A stretch of DNA of 63,448 bases. Source: Octopus bimaculoides (Eukaryota). Positions 35,957 through 49,480 of the stretch are shown piece after piece (within the stretch, counting starts at the first letter, position 1; every line of letters begins with the position of its first letter). The notes beneath the pieces were generated by a model. The model was not told the DNA's origin. It did no database searches and worked only from the letters and a program-made list of their open reading frames with translations. The translations under genes were made by a program, and so were the position numbers. Location: positions 58,246,035-58,309,482 of the forward strand of contig NC_068981.1 of assembly GCF_001194135.2 (NCBI RefSeq), in the 5' to 3' direction.

Positions 35957-38640
35957 TCATCATCATTCAGCGTCTGCTTTCCATGCTGGCATGGGTTAGA
36001 CGGTTTAACTGGGACTGGTAAGCCAGAGAGTTGCACCAAGTTCCAATATGATTTGACATGGTTTCTACAACTAGATGCCCTTCCTAACACCGACCACTCC
36101 GAGAGTGTAATGGATGCTTTCTATGTGCCACTGGCACTGGTGCCAGTTACATGACACTGGCATTGGCCACGACTACAATTTCACTGGTTTGACAAGTGAA
36201 ATCGTAGTTGTAACAAGTCTTCTCAAGCACAGCATATCGTCAAAGATCTTGGTAACTGCCTCATTGAGGCCCAACTTTCGAAGATCATGCTTCACCATCT
36301 CGTCCCATGTCTTCCTCAGTCTACCTCTTCCACAATTTCCCTCCATAGTTAGAGATTGGCACTTCTTTACACAACTGTCCTCATCCATATGCATCACATG
36401 GCTATACCAGTGCATTTGTCTCTCTTGCACACCACATCTGATGCCTCTTATGCCCAATTTTTCTCTCAAGATACTTACACTCTATCATACATGCACACTG
36501 ATATTGCACATCCAGCAAAGCATACTAGCTTCATTTCTTTCAAGCCTTCATATGCCCTCTGCAGTCACAATCCCTGTTTCACTGCCGTATAGAATGGCTA
36601 TTCACACACAGAAATCATACAATCTGCCTTTCACTCTGAGAGAGAGAGGCCCTTTGTTACCAACAAAGGTAGAAGCTCTCTGAACTTTGGCCAGCTTAGT
36701 CTTATTCTAGCAGTTATGCTCTTGGAGCATCCCCCTGGCATTTGATGGAGTATATTTTCTGTACATTTCTAGTATTTATTGTGCCTGTACATCAGCCATG
36801 CACAAAGACTGTTTTCCCTGTTAACTTTCCTCTGATATTGCTGGGCCTCTTTATGTGTCCATAGCTTGCACTGGGTACATCTTATGGAGTTTCTACCTAT
36901 GCCTTTTCTACAGATCAAGCAGGGCCGTTTACCTGAAGAAATTTGCGATTTGTCTGCTTTCTCACTTACTAAGACTGGGTTTTTGCTAAATTAACTCTAA
37001 GGCCCTTTGATTCTAGACCTTGCTTCCACACCTGAAATTTTCTTCTCTAGTTCTGATAGTGATTCAGCTATAACAACAAGGTTATCAGCATATAGGAGTT
37101 CTCAGGGACAGCCTAACTTAAGTTCCTCTGTTATTGCCTGGAGGACTGTGACGAACAAGAGGGGTTTGAGGACTGATCCTTTGTGAGTCCCTAATTGTAC
37201 CCTGAATTCATTACTCATTGCCAACCCTCACCTTACTGACAGCATCCCTGTACATGGCTTGTACAGCTTTCATCTATGCCTAGTTTTCCCATTGACCACC
37301 AGATAAGGGAGCCGGGGACCCTGTCAAAGACATTTTCCATGTCAACAAAACCAAGTACAGGAGTTTATTTATTTTTGGCTTGGTACTTCTCCTGCAGCTA
37401 CCTTACCAGGAATATAGCATCAGTGGTGCTTCTTCCTAGCTCAAAACTAAACTGCATCTCATCTAAAATAACCTTCTCCCTAAAATTTTTGTGCTATGAC
37501 CCTCTCTGTAACTTTCAATATATAGTAAAATAATATTTAAGCCTAATTTAACCTGTTCCACAAATGAAAAGCATAATCCTCTGAAGTTAACTGAGAGGGC
37601 CAATGTCAAAAAGACAACTGATTTCAACACAAGCCAACAAAATATATATCTATCTTTATGCAAAAAGTGAAAGACACACACACAATGTAAACTCATCTTT
37701 TCTAAGTTTGGAATTTTTAACTATATCTTCAAATGAAAACATGCATAAACAAGTTTGAAAAAGGAATAAGAATGCCAAAGGAGATTTAAACCCATCAAAA
37801 GAGTGGTATCAAATTTTATTAGTTTGAGACAGGAGAAGAAGTTGTGCCCATAGTCTTTGCTGGCCCTCCAAAACCTGCAAAACTGATGCCTTTAACATTT
37901 CAATTAAACTGTTGAAAGTCAATGGCTGCAGGAAAAACACACTGGGACTGGATTTCCAGAAAACTGACATCCTAGGAAGAAAGGACTGGTTGTAATGTTG
38001 GGTCTAGGGGTATTAGACACATTATAGATGATGAAAGGAAAGGTGAGTCAGGAGTGCCTGAATGGCGGTCACAGGAGATCAACAAGTTTTGAAGTGTGAA
38101 ACCATTGTAGTTGCAGTAACCACCAAATTACTGAGCTCTGCATCTAGTCAAAAGCCTTCTCCAAATCAACAAAAGCTAAGAATAGTGGTTTATTCTTAAC
38201 CAAGTATTTCTGATGTTGTTTCCTCATTAGAAAGATTACATCAGTGACCTCTTCCAAGCAAACTGCATTTCATCTAGGTCTACTTTGTGCCTACCCACAG
38301 GCAGATAGGCAAGCATGATATTGAGAAAGAGGGATGAATACTAAAAGGAAATGGTTCCAAGAAGAGGGGTAACCAGTAGCACAAAAGGGAATAAAAATAC
38401 TTGCAGTTCTGCTCTTATATGAGTACAGTAGCTGATTAGTGATGTAGTTAGTAGAGTAGTTAGGGGAGAATGGGGCTTAGGAAGATGAGACGCAGAGAGG
38501 ATTTGACAGGGACAAATTGAGTGCAGAGGCAGAGTATAAATAGTAATTTGCCCTGGCACAAAACCAAGCAGCAGTTCATCTAGTCTAATTCTTTTCCTAA
38601 TTAATTGGTCTCTAACTCTTTCCATAACTTTCAGACCTGG
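35957..38640 (-). mobile_element. RTE LINE (main family), 3' UTR plus fragmented ORF
   Basis: (ATC)n tail; MREKLGIRGIRCGVQERQMHWYSHV...GRGRLRKTWDEMVKHD (36173-36469); antisense ATATGCTGATAACCTTG (YADNL); more ORF fragments to ~38640 with an interruption at ~37460-38090. Confidence 0.85.
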
Positions 38641-39334
38641 TCCAACGATTTGATACCTCTGTAATTCTATCTAAGATATATCTTTTATTCTTATACAATG
38701 CTGTCACACCAGCCATTGGGTAGGATACCTTCCTGTACAACCAGATTAACTATATGGGTGACAATGCTAGACATAACTCCACCAAATATTTTAAACATCT
38801 CAACAAGTGATTCCTGATGAACCAGAAACTTTTCTTACCTTCATATTCTTAATTGCTTTATCTATTATACTGTTGTTGACTAGGATAGCAGGTCACTTTG
38901 TTGGGAAGACCTTCTTCACCCATGTATTCTCCACATTTAATACCATTTTAGTTTTTCACAGTAGCACTTCTCTGCCTCCTTATTATGAAAATCCTCTAGT
39001 GCAAGTGTACTATTATTCATCTGCATACACTTCTCATCCTCAACATATTGATTCTCTCTGATATACTATCTTGCAATCCACAATATCTCATGTCTGACCC
39101 TCCCTTTGTTAATTAAACATGTTACCTAGCTTCCATACTAGTTACTGGATATAATTTTCTGCTGCCTCCATTTTACCAATCTTTTCAAGAAGTTCTTTTG
39201 CTTTTATGGCTCTGCCTTGGCTGGAAGTTTGCTCCAGGCATAGATTTAAACTGTAGCCCTCACAAAGTTGTCCCATAAAAACTACCAGTTGTCTTCTATG
39301 CTATAAATTGTGAGTTTGAAAACCAGCAGCATGT

Positions 39335-39580
39335 TGTGTCCTTGAGCAAGACACTTTATTTTCATGTTACTCCAGTCAACTCAACTGGCAAAAATGAGTT
39401 GTACCTGCAATTCAAAGGTCCAGCTTTGTCACATTCTGTGTCATGCTGAACCTCCCTGGGAACATTAAGGGTATGTGCATCAGTGGAGTGCTCAGCCACT
39501 TGCACGCTAATTTCATGAGCAGACTGTTCCATTGATCGGATCAACTGGAACACTCGTCGCTGTAACTGAATGAGTGCCAA
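39335..39580 (+). mobile_element. SINE family 3-related remnant
   Basis: GTTGTGTCCTTGAGCAAGACACTTTATTTTCATGTTACTCCAG matches 53897-53940; different 3' part. Confidence 0.6.
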
Positions 39581-41406
39581 TTATATCTCTGTATATAACA
39601 TATAATTTTAAATACTAGCAAGTCTACCCATCTACGATGGAGGCATAAAATGAGGGAGGGAAGTAATAACAGCAGTATGTATTGAGAAATGTGTATGTTG
39701 GTTTAGACATGTGATACACATGAATGAGGACAGCCACATAAAGAAGTGCCAATCACTGAAAATGGATGGTACCCGTGGAAGAGGGAGACCCAGAAAGACA
39801 GGGGAGGAAGTGGTAAGGAGTGATCTCAGGAAGTTGGATCTCATAAGAGACTGTCTAATTGACCAAGATGATTCTGGCACCTGATTTCAATCATAGAACA
39901 TATATCTGGTCTTTGTCTTTTCATACTGATGAAATTAGACATTTTTTCTGCCAGTCTAGGAGGCTTGCAGATATTTACCTTTCCCTTTCAAGTCCAAGTA
40001 GATTTTGTCCAGGCAAAACTTCCTGTCTGAGTATCATTTTTTTACCCAAAGTACTTCTTTTCCTCTCTCTAAGCAACAAGACTAAGATTATAACTTCAGA
40101 TTGCACATGGCCCCTGATTGAACAAATTAGCTCTTCCAGAACTCTGTTGTGTTTCCATGTTTATCTGCCATTGGCAAGGGCCACCTTACAGAAACTAAAC
40201 ACATTCCATTGTTTGTTGTTTGTCCTTGCCTAGGGGACAACTTGGATTCTCTTCTTTTCCCCATTTCACAAGGTTGGTTTTCGATAAAAGCAGGGCATAC
40301 ATTGCTTATATGAATGTTGCCATCTTCCACACATTACTCCTTGTAAGCAACCTTTGAAATGTCACATCCCAATTCATCTACTGTCTTTGTTGAGATTGCT
40401 GTCCTGCTTTTGTGTGCCTCCTTTCATCTTCCTCTTACCTTACTTCTCAAATTACCAAGTCTCAGAGGTCCCTACCCATAGTTTTTTACCACCTTTACAT
40501 TTTGCATGTGCCTAGCTCTTGTCTCTCTGCTGTGGCATCTAGGACCTTCCATTTCCTGTCAGTTTTCAGTATAGACAGTACTGATCTCACCACTCAATCC
40601 TTGGAGTATTTTAACATCATCTGTAAACTCATCTTTCTTGCTTTGATTTCTTCACAACTTTGGCTGTCAGCAGTTTAGAGCAAAATCTGATACTTTAGGA
40701 GGCAGCTTAGCCATTTCCTGGTGAATTTGTGGTCATCTTCACTTCCATTGCCTCAACTGTGCTTGTGACAATTTTGTACATGAGTAGTGGCCACAGCAAC
40801 CTAGGTATAAGCATATGTTGGAGGCACCAGACTTTGTATTTCCCTAGCAATGGGCAGCAGCCAACTTTCACCTTCATCTGCTAATTGAGCAGATTCTTTC
40901 ACATATATATATATATATATATATACGTGTGTGTGTGTGTGCACACACACGCGTTTGTTTGTATGGATACATAATACACATACACACACATGCATATTAC
41001 ATATGAATGTGCATGCATGTATGAGTTTGTGTGTGTGTGTGTGTGTTTTGGCAGACATGACACATTATCAAAAGACATTGGCTCAGTAAACAGTTCCACA
41101 CTCCACTCCTATATTCCTTGTAGTTGACAATAACCATCATATCTGTATAGGCTAGCATGTGGAGTTTGAGCTACATTATATATTAATAAGAAATGCAGAA
41201 CATGAGTATGTTATATAAAGTTCAAAAATACCGGTTACATTTTCTGCATTTCATATATGTGTGAGTGTGTGTATACATGCATGCATACATACATACATAC
41301 ATATATACATACATACACACACACATACATACATGCATACATACATACATACATATGTACATTCATACATACACACACACATACATACATACATATATAC
41401 ACATAC

Positions 41407-41453
<47 letters not shown>

Positions 41454-43618
41454 TGTGTGTGTGTGTGAATGTATGGATATATGTGTTTGTACATATATAT
41501 ATTATATAAAAGTCAATATTGAATCATGGCACAGTCTTCCCATTCATCAGGTCCTTCAAACTGTTCGACTAATGCCAACATAGAAACAAACCTTAAATAA
41601 TGATGATGATGACGACAACGATGATGACGACAACGATGATGACGACAACGATGATGACAACAATAACAACAGCAACGACAAAGATGTATGTGTGTGTGTA
41701 CAGACAGGAGAAAGAGTACTCAATACATATAATAGATTTCTTATATTCATTTGAAGCTGATGATTCACTCCAAACTTCTCGCTTTTGTACATTCAAACCA
41801 TATCCATTCTATCAATTTTCTTTTACATTTTTTTTCAGGTGCTCCAGCATGGCTACAGTCAAAAGACTGAAACAAGTAAAAGAGTAAAAGAGTAGTTTGG
41901 ATTACATTATTCAATGAGACACTGATACAACAAGATGATAGGGTGTAATTTGAAGGCAGATTTGACTGTTGTTTCAAAATAGGTTTAGTTACCATGCATA
42001 GGCTTCCTAATTGACTCATATATCTTCATTTTGTGTATCCAAGAGAAGTCAGTCTAATAGAACCCATCCTTCTTTAAGCTAGCACATAAGACGTGGAGCT
42101 CAGCATGATATGCTAAAGCAACATTATCTCATAGAAACCTCGTGATTCACAAGAATGAATTGCACCTTCTTGTAGTATCTAATTCTATTACTAAATTGCA
42201 TTAAGTTAAGAGACACTTTTCCATAGATCATTATGCCAGTGAACCACCATCAACTGTTCACCTTGAAGGCTAGAACTCTAACAATTAGGTCAACAGCAGG
42301 TCCTTCTGTTTTATATAATATTCCACCAAATAACCTTACTTACTTATCAGTCATAGAAATATACTTTGGTAAGGATTTAATTTAATAAGTAGTTAGTTGA
42401 GAATTCTTCTTTTAACGTCTTATGTTCAAATTTTTACATGTTTTTTTCTTTATGTTCCCAATGGGAATATTAAAATATAGAAAGAAAGAAATAATGCAGG
42501 TCTTTCATTGCCTGATTGAATACAACTATTTTTTTACAATTCCTTTGTATGGGAACTGCTGTTTGACAAGATAATAGTGTGAATATTTTAAAGTACTGTT
42601 CAATCATACAAGTTCAGTAATATATTAGTTGCTATTCAATTAAATCATTTTTGCAATAGCTATGAAATTACATACAATATAAATGATGTTGATGTATTTA
42701 GTCAGGAAAATGGTCTTCATTTAACAAAGTAAAAACCAAGTTCAATTACAAATGTCAGTGAAACTTTATTTTTGATAATCTTTTTCACAAACTGTTTATG
42801 TTAACTTACATGAAACTCAGTGTGCTGAGAGTGACTGAGTATTAAAGGCTAATGTGTGAAGGTGATGCAGCTGCACTGGTATGGCCATGTTGTTGTTGTT
42901 GTTTATCCTAAATCAGTCCTAATTGGGCAGGCCTACAATCAAAGGTATTCCAGTCATGACATCCCATTGCATTAACCCAAACTTCCCTCAAACCACAGCC
43001 AATATGTAAAGTGTGGTTGATGGAGATTTGTTTGCTATTTTTTAATGGGGAGAGCAACAACATAGATCTTCTCTCAATGTACACCGAATGGAGGGAAAGG
43101 TGTTATATATTAACAGTGGAAGAAGCTATAACAGAGAAAGACTAAATAAAATATGAATGAAGCAGTAACATCAAGTGTCATCACAGCCAAAATACATGGA
43201 ATTCTAAAAGAATGCTCAAGAAGCTATTCTGTAGATTCATCTGACACATGTTAATATGAAAGAGTAGTTTTTAAACAAAACTGATGATGAATTGTGTATT
43301 ATTGTTAAAAAGATATTCATTATCTAAAGCAAAACCAACAACTTTTTTGACTTCTTTTTTCCACTGAGTCTGAAATGATGCACTTTTCACTCCACACTTC
43401 AATGAAATTTTGCAATACTCTACAAATTCTCGTTTCTAAAAATATAAGTTTGTATCAATTTTTCAACGTTAGCAGATGTATTGAAGCAGTTAAAAAGTAT
43501 ATTCATCAAGCATAGTCTTCAGTTGAATAAAATTTGATTATCAAGCTATTAACCATCATGTTTTTTGGGTTTTTTTCATTTCTCTTTAAGTAACATTTCA
43601 ATTTTTATCTTTCAAAGG

Positions 43619-43960
43619 TGTAGTAACGCCGTGCGCATGCGTAGTCTCACGCATGCGTGGAATTAAACAAGCAAGCGTTCCCGCTTTAATCTTTCTCTTT
43701 TACGGTCGGCCGACCATGAGCACGGACGTGTCAAGAGTGTCTCTAATACTCCAACCTGGAGACAGTCTCTTTACGTGTTAAGCTGTCTCTCTACATCTTT
43801 CGGACTTACACTCGACAGCTCGCTTACAACTACAGAACAACGTCCCAACAACAGAAGCTGTAACAACAAGAACTAAAAGATGTATATATTTACCACCTGA
43901 ATAAATGTTGTTTAAGTTGATAGTCTGGAGTTCAGCGTTCCATTATATTCTAATTTTATA
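43619..43960 (+). mobile_element. Probable solo LTR (~342 bp)
   Basis: Starts TGTAGT, CpG-rich relative to its flanks, AATAAA at 43900-43905 about 55 nt from an end TATA (TACA expected). Flanks AAAGG/GTAGG give only an imperfect TSD. Confidence 0.55.
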
Positions 43961-44225
43961 GTAGGAAAGTCAGGTATACATCTAAAGATGTATAACCCAC
44001 TTTCTACTAAAAAGGCATTCAAAGTGCCATATTTCTTCAAATTCATGCAACTAGAACTATGATGAAGATGATAAGAGCTTTAAAATTTGCATTAGAAATA
44101 GGTCTCATGAAATCATTTAGGACACCAGGGAGATCAATAATTGTAGAAATAGGTACATTAGCATAATCTAGGAATGTAATAATTCAAACACAATGTTTAC
44201 ACTGTACTGTAATCTGTATACACAT

Positions 44226-44301
44226 AAAAATCACAAGATATAGAGTCTATATCTTGTGATTTTTTAGTAATAAGAATTTTTGTCTATATTATAGACAAAA
44301 A
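44226..44301. repeat. Two adjacent perfect palindromes (19-bp and 12-bp arms, 1-nt spacers)
   Basis: AAAAATCACAAGATATAGA-G-TCTATATCTTGTGATTTTT (44226-44264); TTTTTGTCTATA-T-TATAGACAAAAA (44277-44301). Confidence 0.95.
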
Positions 44302-44432
44302 GTCTTATCACTAAACCTCAGAGATCTAAACATACAACTTCCAGTTTTTATTTAGTCCCAGGTTGACCCTGAATAAATGTTCTTTTTTCAGACTACATAT
44401 CCAATGTGAATGTCTGTGAGTGTGTGCATTAA

Positions 44433-44464
<32 letters not shown>

Positions 44465-44524
44465 CGCACACATGCATGCATGTGTGTATGCATACGCATG
44501 CATGCGTGCACACACGTGTCTAGA

Positions 44525-44660
44525 GGTATATGGCTTAGTGGTTAGGGCATTTAGCTCAGAATCATAATGTCATTGGATTAAATTTCTAGACCAGGCTGTG
44601 TATTTGAGTAAGGTATTTGATTCCATGTTACCCCAGTCCACTCAGTGGCAATGTTCACCA
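44525..44660 (+). mobile_element. SINE family 3 head remnant
   Basis: TGGCTTAGTGGTTAGGGCATT...AGACCAGGCTGTGTATT, homologous to 53823-53900. Confidence 0.6.
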
Positions 44661-44789
44661 GCTGAGTGTTCATTACCACAGTTGTGACCCCCTTTCAATT
44701 CAACTGTCACATCCTGGATATTCTATCGTGAGGGAGATGAGAGGATGTCAAGCAAAAGCATGGAAAGTATTACCAAGCTGTATTCTGCT

Positions 44790-46475
44790 CTCTCATGAGT
44801 GACAATTGGCTATGCTCGGGAGCAATAAACACTGAAAATGTGCAGAGAACAACTTCTGCCACATTCCAGGGAGAAAAACTAGAAGTAGTTGATAGCTTCC
44901 ATTACCTAGATGACCAAGTCAGTAGTCGGGGAGGGTGCGCTGAAAGTGTAACTACTAGAATAAGAATAGCCTGGGCAAAGTTCAGAGAGCTCTTACCTCT
45001 GCTGGTGACAAAGGGCCTCTCACTCAGAGTAAAAGGCAGACTGTATGACGCATGTGTACGAACAGCCATGCTACATGGCAGTGAAATATGGGCCATGACT
45101 GCTGAGGACATGCGTAAGCTCAAAAGGAATGAAGCCAGTATGCTCCGATGAATGTGTAATGTCAGTGTGCATACTTGACAGAGTGTAAGTATCTTGAGAG
45201 AAAAGTTGAACCTAAGAAGCATCAGTTGTGGTGTGCAAGAGAGATGATTGCGCTGGTATGGTCACGTGGCAAGAATGGAAGAGGATAGCTGTGTANNNNN
45301 NNNNNNNNNNNNNNNNNNNNNNNNNNNNNNNNNNNNNNNNNNNNNNNNNNNNNNNNNNNNNNNNNNNNNNNNNNNNNNNNNNNNNNNNNNNNNNNNNNNN
45401 NNNNNNNNNNNNNNNNNNNNNNNNNNNNNNNNNNNNNNNNNNNNNNNNNNNNNNNNNNNNNNNNNNNNNNNNNNNNNNNNNNNNNNNNNNNNNNNNNNNN
45501 NNNNNNNNNNNNNNNNNNNNNNNNNNNNNNNNNNNNNNNNNNNNNNNNNNNNNNNNNNNNNNNNNNNNNNNNNNNNNNNNNNNNNNNNNNNNNNNNNNNN
45601 NNNNNNNNNNNNNNNNNNNNNNNNNNNNNNNNNNNNNNNNNNNNNNNNNNNNNNNNNNNNNNNNNNNNNNNNNNNNNNNNNNNNNNNNNNNNNNNNNNNN
45701 NNNNNNNNNNNNNNNNNNNNNNNNNNNNNNNNNNNNNNNNNNNNNNNNNNNNNNNNNNNNNNNNNNNNNNNNNNNNNNNNNNNNNNNNNNNNNNNNNNNN
45801 NNNNNNNNNNNNNNNNNNNNNNNNNNNNNNNNNNNNNNNNNNNNNNNNNNNNNNNNNNNNNNNNNNNNNNNNNNNNNNNNNNNNNNNNNNNNNNNNNNNN
45901 NNNNNNNNNNNNNNNNNNNNNNNNNNNNNNNNNNNNNNNNNNNNNNNNNNNNNNNNNNNNNNNNNNNNNNNNNNNNNNNNNNNNNNNNNNNNNNNNNNNN
46001 NNNNNNNNNNNNNNNNNNNNNNNNNNNNNNNNNNNNNNNNNNNNNNNNNNNNNNNNNNNNNNNNNNNNNNNNNNNNNNNNNNNNNNNNNNNNNNNNNNNN
46101 NNNNNNNNNNNNNNNNNNNNNNNNNNNNNNNNNNNNNNNNNNNNNNNNNNNNNNNNNNNNNNNNNNNNNNNNNNGCCGGTGGCACGTGAAAAGTCATTCG
46201 AGCGATATCGTTGCCAGTGCCGCTGGACTGGCTCCTGTGCAGGTGGCACGTAAAATACCCCATTTGAGCATGGTCATTGCCAGTACTGCCTGACTGGCCT
46301 TTGTGCCGTTCGCACGTAAAAGCACCTACTACACTCTCTGAGTGGTTGGCGTTAGGAAGGGCATCCAGCTGTAGAAACTCTGCCAAATCAGATTGGAGCC
46401 TGGTGTAGCCATCTGGTTCACCAGTCCTCAGTCAAATCGTCCAACCCATGCTAGCATGGAAAGTGGAGGTTAAAC

Positions 46476-46520
<45 letters not shown>
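44790..46520 (+). mobile_element. RTE LINE (main family), 3' part spanning an N gap
   Basis: EKLEVVDSFHYLDDQV...RIRIAWAKFRELLPLL...LYDACVRTAMLHGSE (44795-45151); 3' UTR and long (GAT)n tail after the gap. Confidence 0.9.
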
Positions 46521-46522
<2 letters not shown>

Positions 46523-46689
46523 CACAAAAGTTATCCCATCAAGGTAGACTTACAAAGTAATAAAAACAGTTCTTGTTCTTCCACAGACTAACAAAGCAAA
46601 TGAAATACAAAATGTGATATCCTTATGAAATTTCTTCACCAAGTATGTCCAGTATTTCACTACAAGAGATTTCTCTGAGACTTTAGCTT

Positions 46690-46890
46690 CAAATTTTGGC
46701 ACAAGGCTAGAAATTTCAGGACAGGGACTAAGCTGATCACATCGATCCCAGTGTTAAACTGATACTTATTTTATCAACCCCAAAAGGATGAAAGGTAAAG
46801 TTGACCTCGGTAGAAATTGAACTCAAAACATAAAGACAGACGAAATTCCACTAAGCATTTTGCCAGGCATGCTAATGATTCTGCCAGCTC
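46690..46890 (-). mobile_element. SINE family 2 copy
   Basis: Antisense of the GCCTTTCATCCTTTTGGGGTTGATAAAATAAGTATCAG core seen at 19410-19450 and 52869-52910. Confidence 0.75.
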
Positions 46891-47580
46891 AATACCTTTT
46901 TTGAGACTTTAAACATTACCATGTAAATGTAATCCTTTTAGTTGATAATATTAAATTGACATTACAATTCCTGTCATAATAACATGAGGCTAGATTCTGG
47001 TGAAGAAATCTAGGTTGTCTGAAATTCCATCAGATTCTTCTGTTGAAATTGCTGAATTAACATAACAGTTCATTATCACTAGAGATTAACCTCTAATCCT
47101 AGCTTCATTTTAAATGGATGATGTAACTTTCCCTACATACAAATGGATTTATATAGTTTTCTGATCAAAAGGACAATTCTCCTCAGTATTTAAAACAACA
47201 GAATTGCACAAAATGCCATGTTTAATGACTGTGAAATATTGATTTCATCCTTTCATAGTCATAAAGAGTTTTCTGTAAAAGAGAGGAGGTATCCAGTATA
47301 TTCTTGGATCTTACTTCATTGACCTTTCATCCTAAGGAGAAAGGAGTGTTCTACCTAGACTAGATGAGCTTTTGTGTCATTAATGTTTAATTTGAATTGT
47401 TATAAATTGCCAATTGAAAAGTGAACATGAGCATAGAATGAATACCAGAGGGAAGAAGCCCCTAGGACCAGAGGGAAGAAGCCCCTAGGAGCAATGACTC
47501 AGCAAAGATAGTGCTGTAGAAGCAGTAGATATTGTAAGAAAGAGATGGAGAATAGAATAAATGAGCAAGACTAGATGCCA

Positions 47581-47676
<96 letters not shown>

Positions 47677-48292
47677 ACTTGTACATTTTGGTTTCAAATA
47701 CTTTTATCCACTATGCCACTGATGCTTATACTATCATTGGTTTAGAAATAAAGATTCAAGTTCTAATCCAGCCAAATAGCTTGTACATATCAAGAAGTCA
47801 AGGAGTAAGACATCTGATGATAATGAGTGATAAAAAACAAACAAAATATAGAGCAATTATGAATATTAAAAAAATGTTTCATTTCCCAAGATAGAGTTAA
47901 CAATCTGTAAAATCATAAATGTATTAACACAAACTAATCTTAGAATTTAAACATTTTAAATATTTTAAATAGTTACAACACTAGACATATTACCAAGCTT
48001 AATGCTGTTTATTATTAGAATCAACAAAATTATATAATACTGAATTCTATTTTAATTGTTCATTAGTAGTGACATTTTTGTAATATCTTTATATTAGTTA
48101 TATGTCTTTAAAAGGAACAGTTAATCTTTACCAACATTTGTTACATTTTAATTGATTTTTTTTTTATTTTCTTTTTCTTTATTATTGTCATTATTTGTTT
48201 AGTCTGAAGGAAGAAGCTCTACCTAACCCTCGCAAACCTTCTGAAATGAGTAAAACAGATGTGGTTAATGAAATGTAAAGATATTCCAAATA

Positions 48293-48330
48293 TTGTGTCA
48301 TCCCATAAATAATGTGCTTTTTTTAATACA
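48293..48330. mobile_element. Isolated mariner TIR-like sequence
   Basis: TTGTGTCATCCCATAAATAATGTGCTTTTTTT matches the 17131-17160 TIR. Confidence 0.6.
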
Positions 48331-48824
48331 TAAGTCCTAGGATGAAAATCTCATGGTAAAATTTGCCAATGAGAGAGCATTTATGTAGTCATTTGGCCTG
48401 CAAGAAATAAGAGCTAAATTCTTTCATATCTTATTTTAATGTCTTGGAAGTCCTAGCTATACAGAAAAGATAGAATACTCAGTGCTAAAACGCCTTTCAT
48501 AATAGGTCTGCTTGATCAATGTTGACCTGGGATAACTACAGATTGGTAAACACAGAATAGGAAGGTTGAAAGGTATTTGATAGAGAGTGATCCAGTTTGA
48601 TGTTCAGGAAGGTCAGGACTTGGATAATGTTAGTTAAGATGGAGTGCTACAAGAATCTAATATTTATGTGCAAGATTTTTTTGTGGAGTTGAAAAATAAA
48701 ACAAAAATGGGTTACTATAAGTGGGGTTATACACAATATGGATGATTTGAGGAGAGATGAATGAGTTATGTAGATTTGATGGATATGACACAAGACTAGA
48801 CAACTCTAACAAGGAGAGGTTAAT

Positions 48825-48876
<52 letters not shown>

Positions 48877-49133
48877 GGGAGGGGAGGGGAGGAGGAAGGA
48901 GGAGAAGACCAGGAGGAGGGGAAGAGGAGAAGGAGGAAAAGGAGAGTAAGTATATATTTCTGGCACACTAACCTTTCATCATCTGATACTGGATAACCGA
49001 CTTCATTGCCTCCTCTGTTATAGTAAGACACCTGTTTCTGCCTCTCTGTCTCTTTGTCACCCTCTAATCTTTCATCCTCTGACATGAGTTCCCCTCCTCA
49101 AATGCCCTTGCTCCTCTCATAATTACTTGTCTT

Positions 49134-49480
49134 GTGAGTTACTTGGTGACCCTGCCAGTGAGTTACTTGGTGACCCTGCCACATAAAAAGCATCCAGATC
49201 AACACTGTAAAGTGGTTAGCATTTGGAAGGGCATCTGGCTGTAAAATTCATGCCAAAACTAACCTCACCTGAGCTAGTGCCACGTAAAAAGCACTAAATC
49301 TACTCTGCAGAGTGGTTGGTGTTAGGAAGGGTATCCAACTGTAAAAACCCTGCCAAAACAGAACAGCATAGGGTAGTTTTTCTACCTGACCAGAACCTGT
49401 GAACCATCCTACCTATGCATGCATGGAAGATGGATGTTAAACAATGATGGTGATGATGATGATGAGGAAGATGATGATCC
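49134..49480 (+). mobile_element. Diverged RTE 3' UTR fragment with internal duplications
   Basis: GAGTGGTTGGTGTTAGGAAGGGTATCCAACTGT, (GAT)n tail; 24-bp tandem duplication at 49134-49181. Confidence 0.75.

Noticed and set aside
41593-41690. 15-bp GACGACAACGATGAT units
   Set aside because: Ordinary compound trinucleotide microsatellite.
45212-46386. 313-374 aa ORFs
   Set aside because: Read through an N gap; artefacts. The same applies to 12019-12525, 50335-50702 and 52966-53175.
48657-49085. 142-aa ORF with poly-Tyr/Pro/Ser; also the poly-ER ORF at 47485-47697
   Set aside because: Translations of (GTA)n, GA-rich and (CT)n simple repeats.
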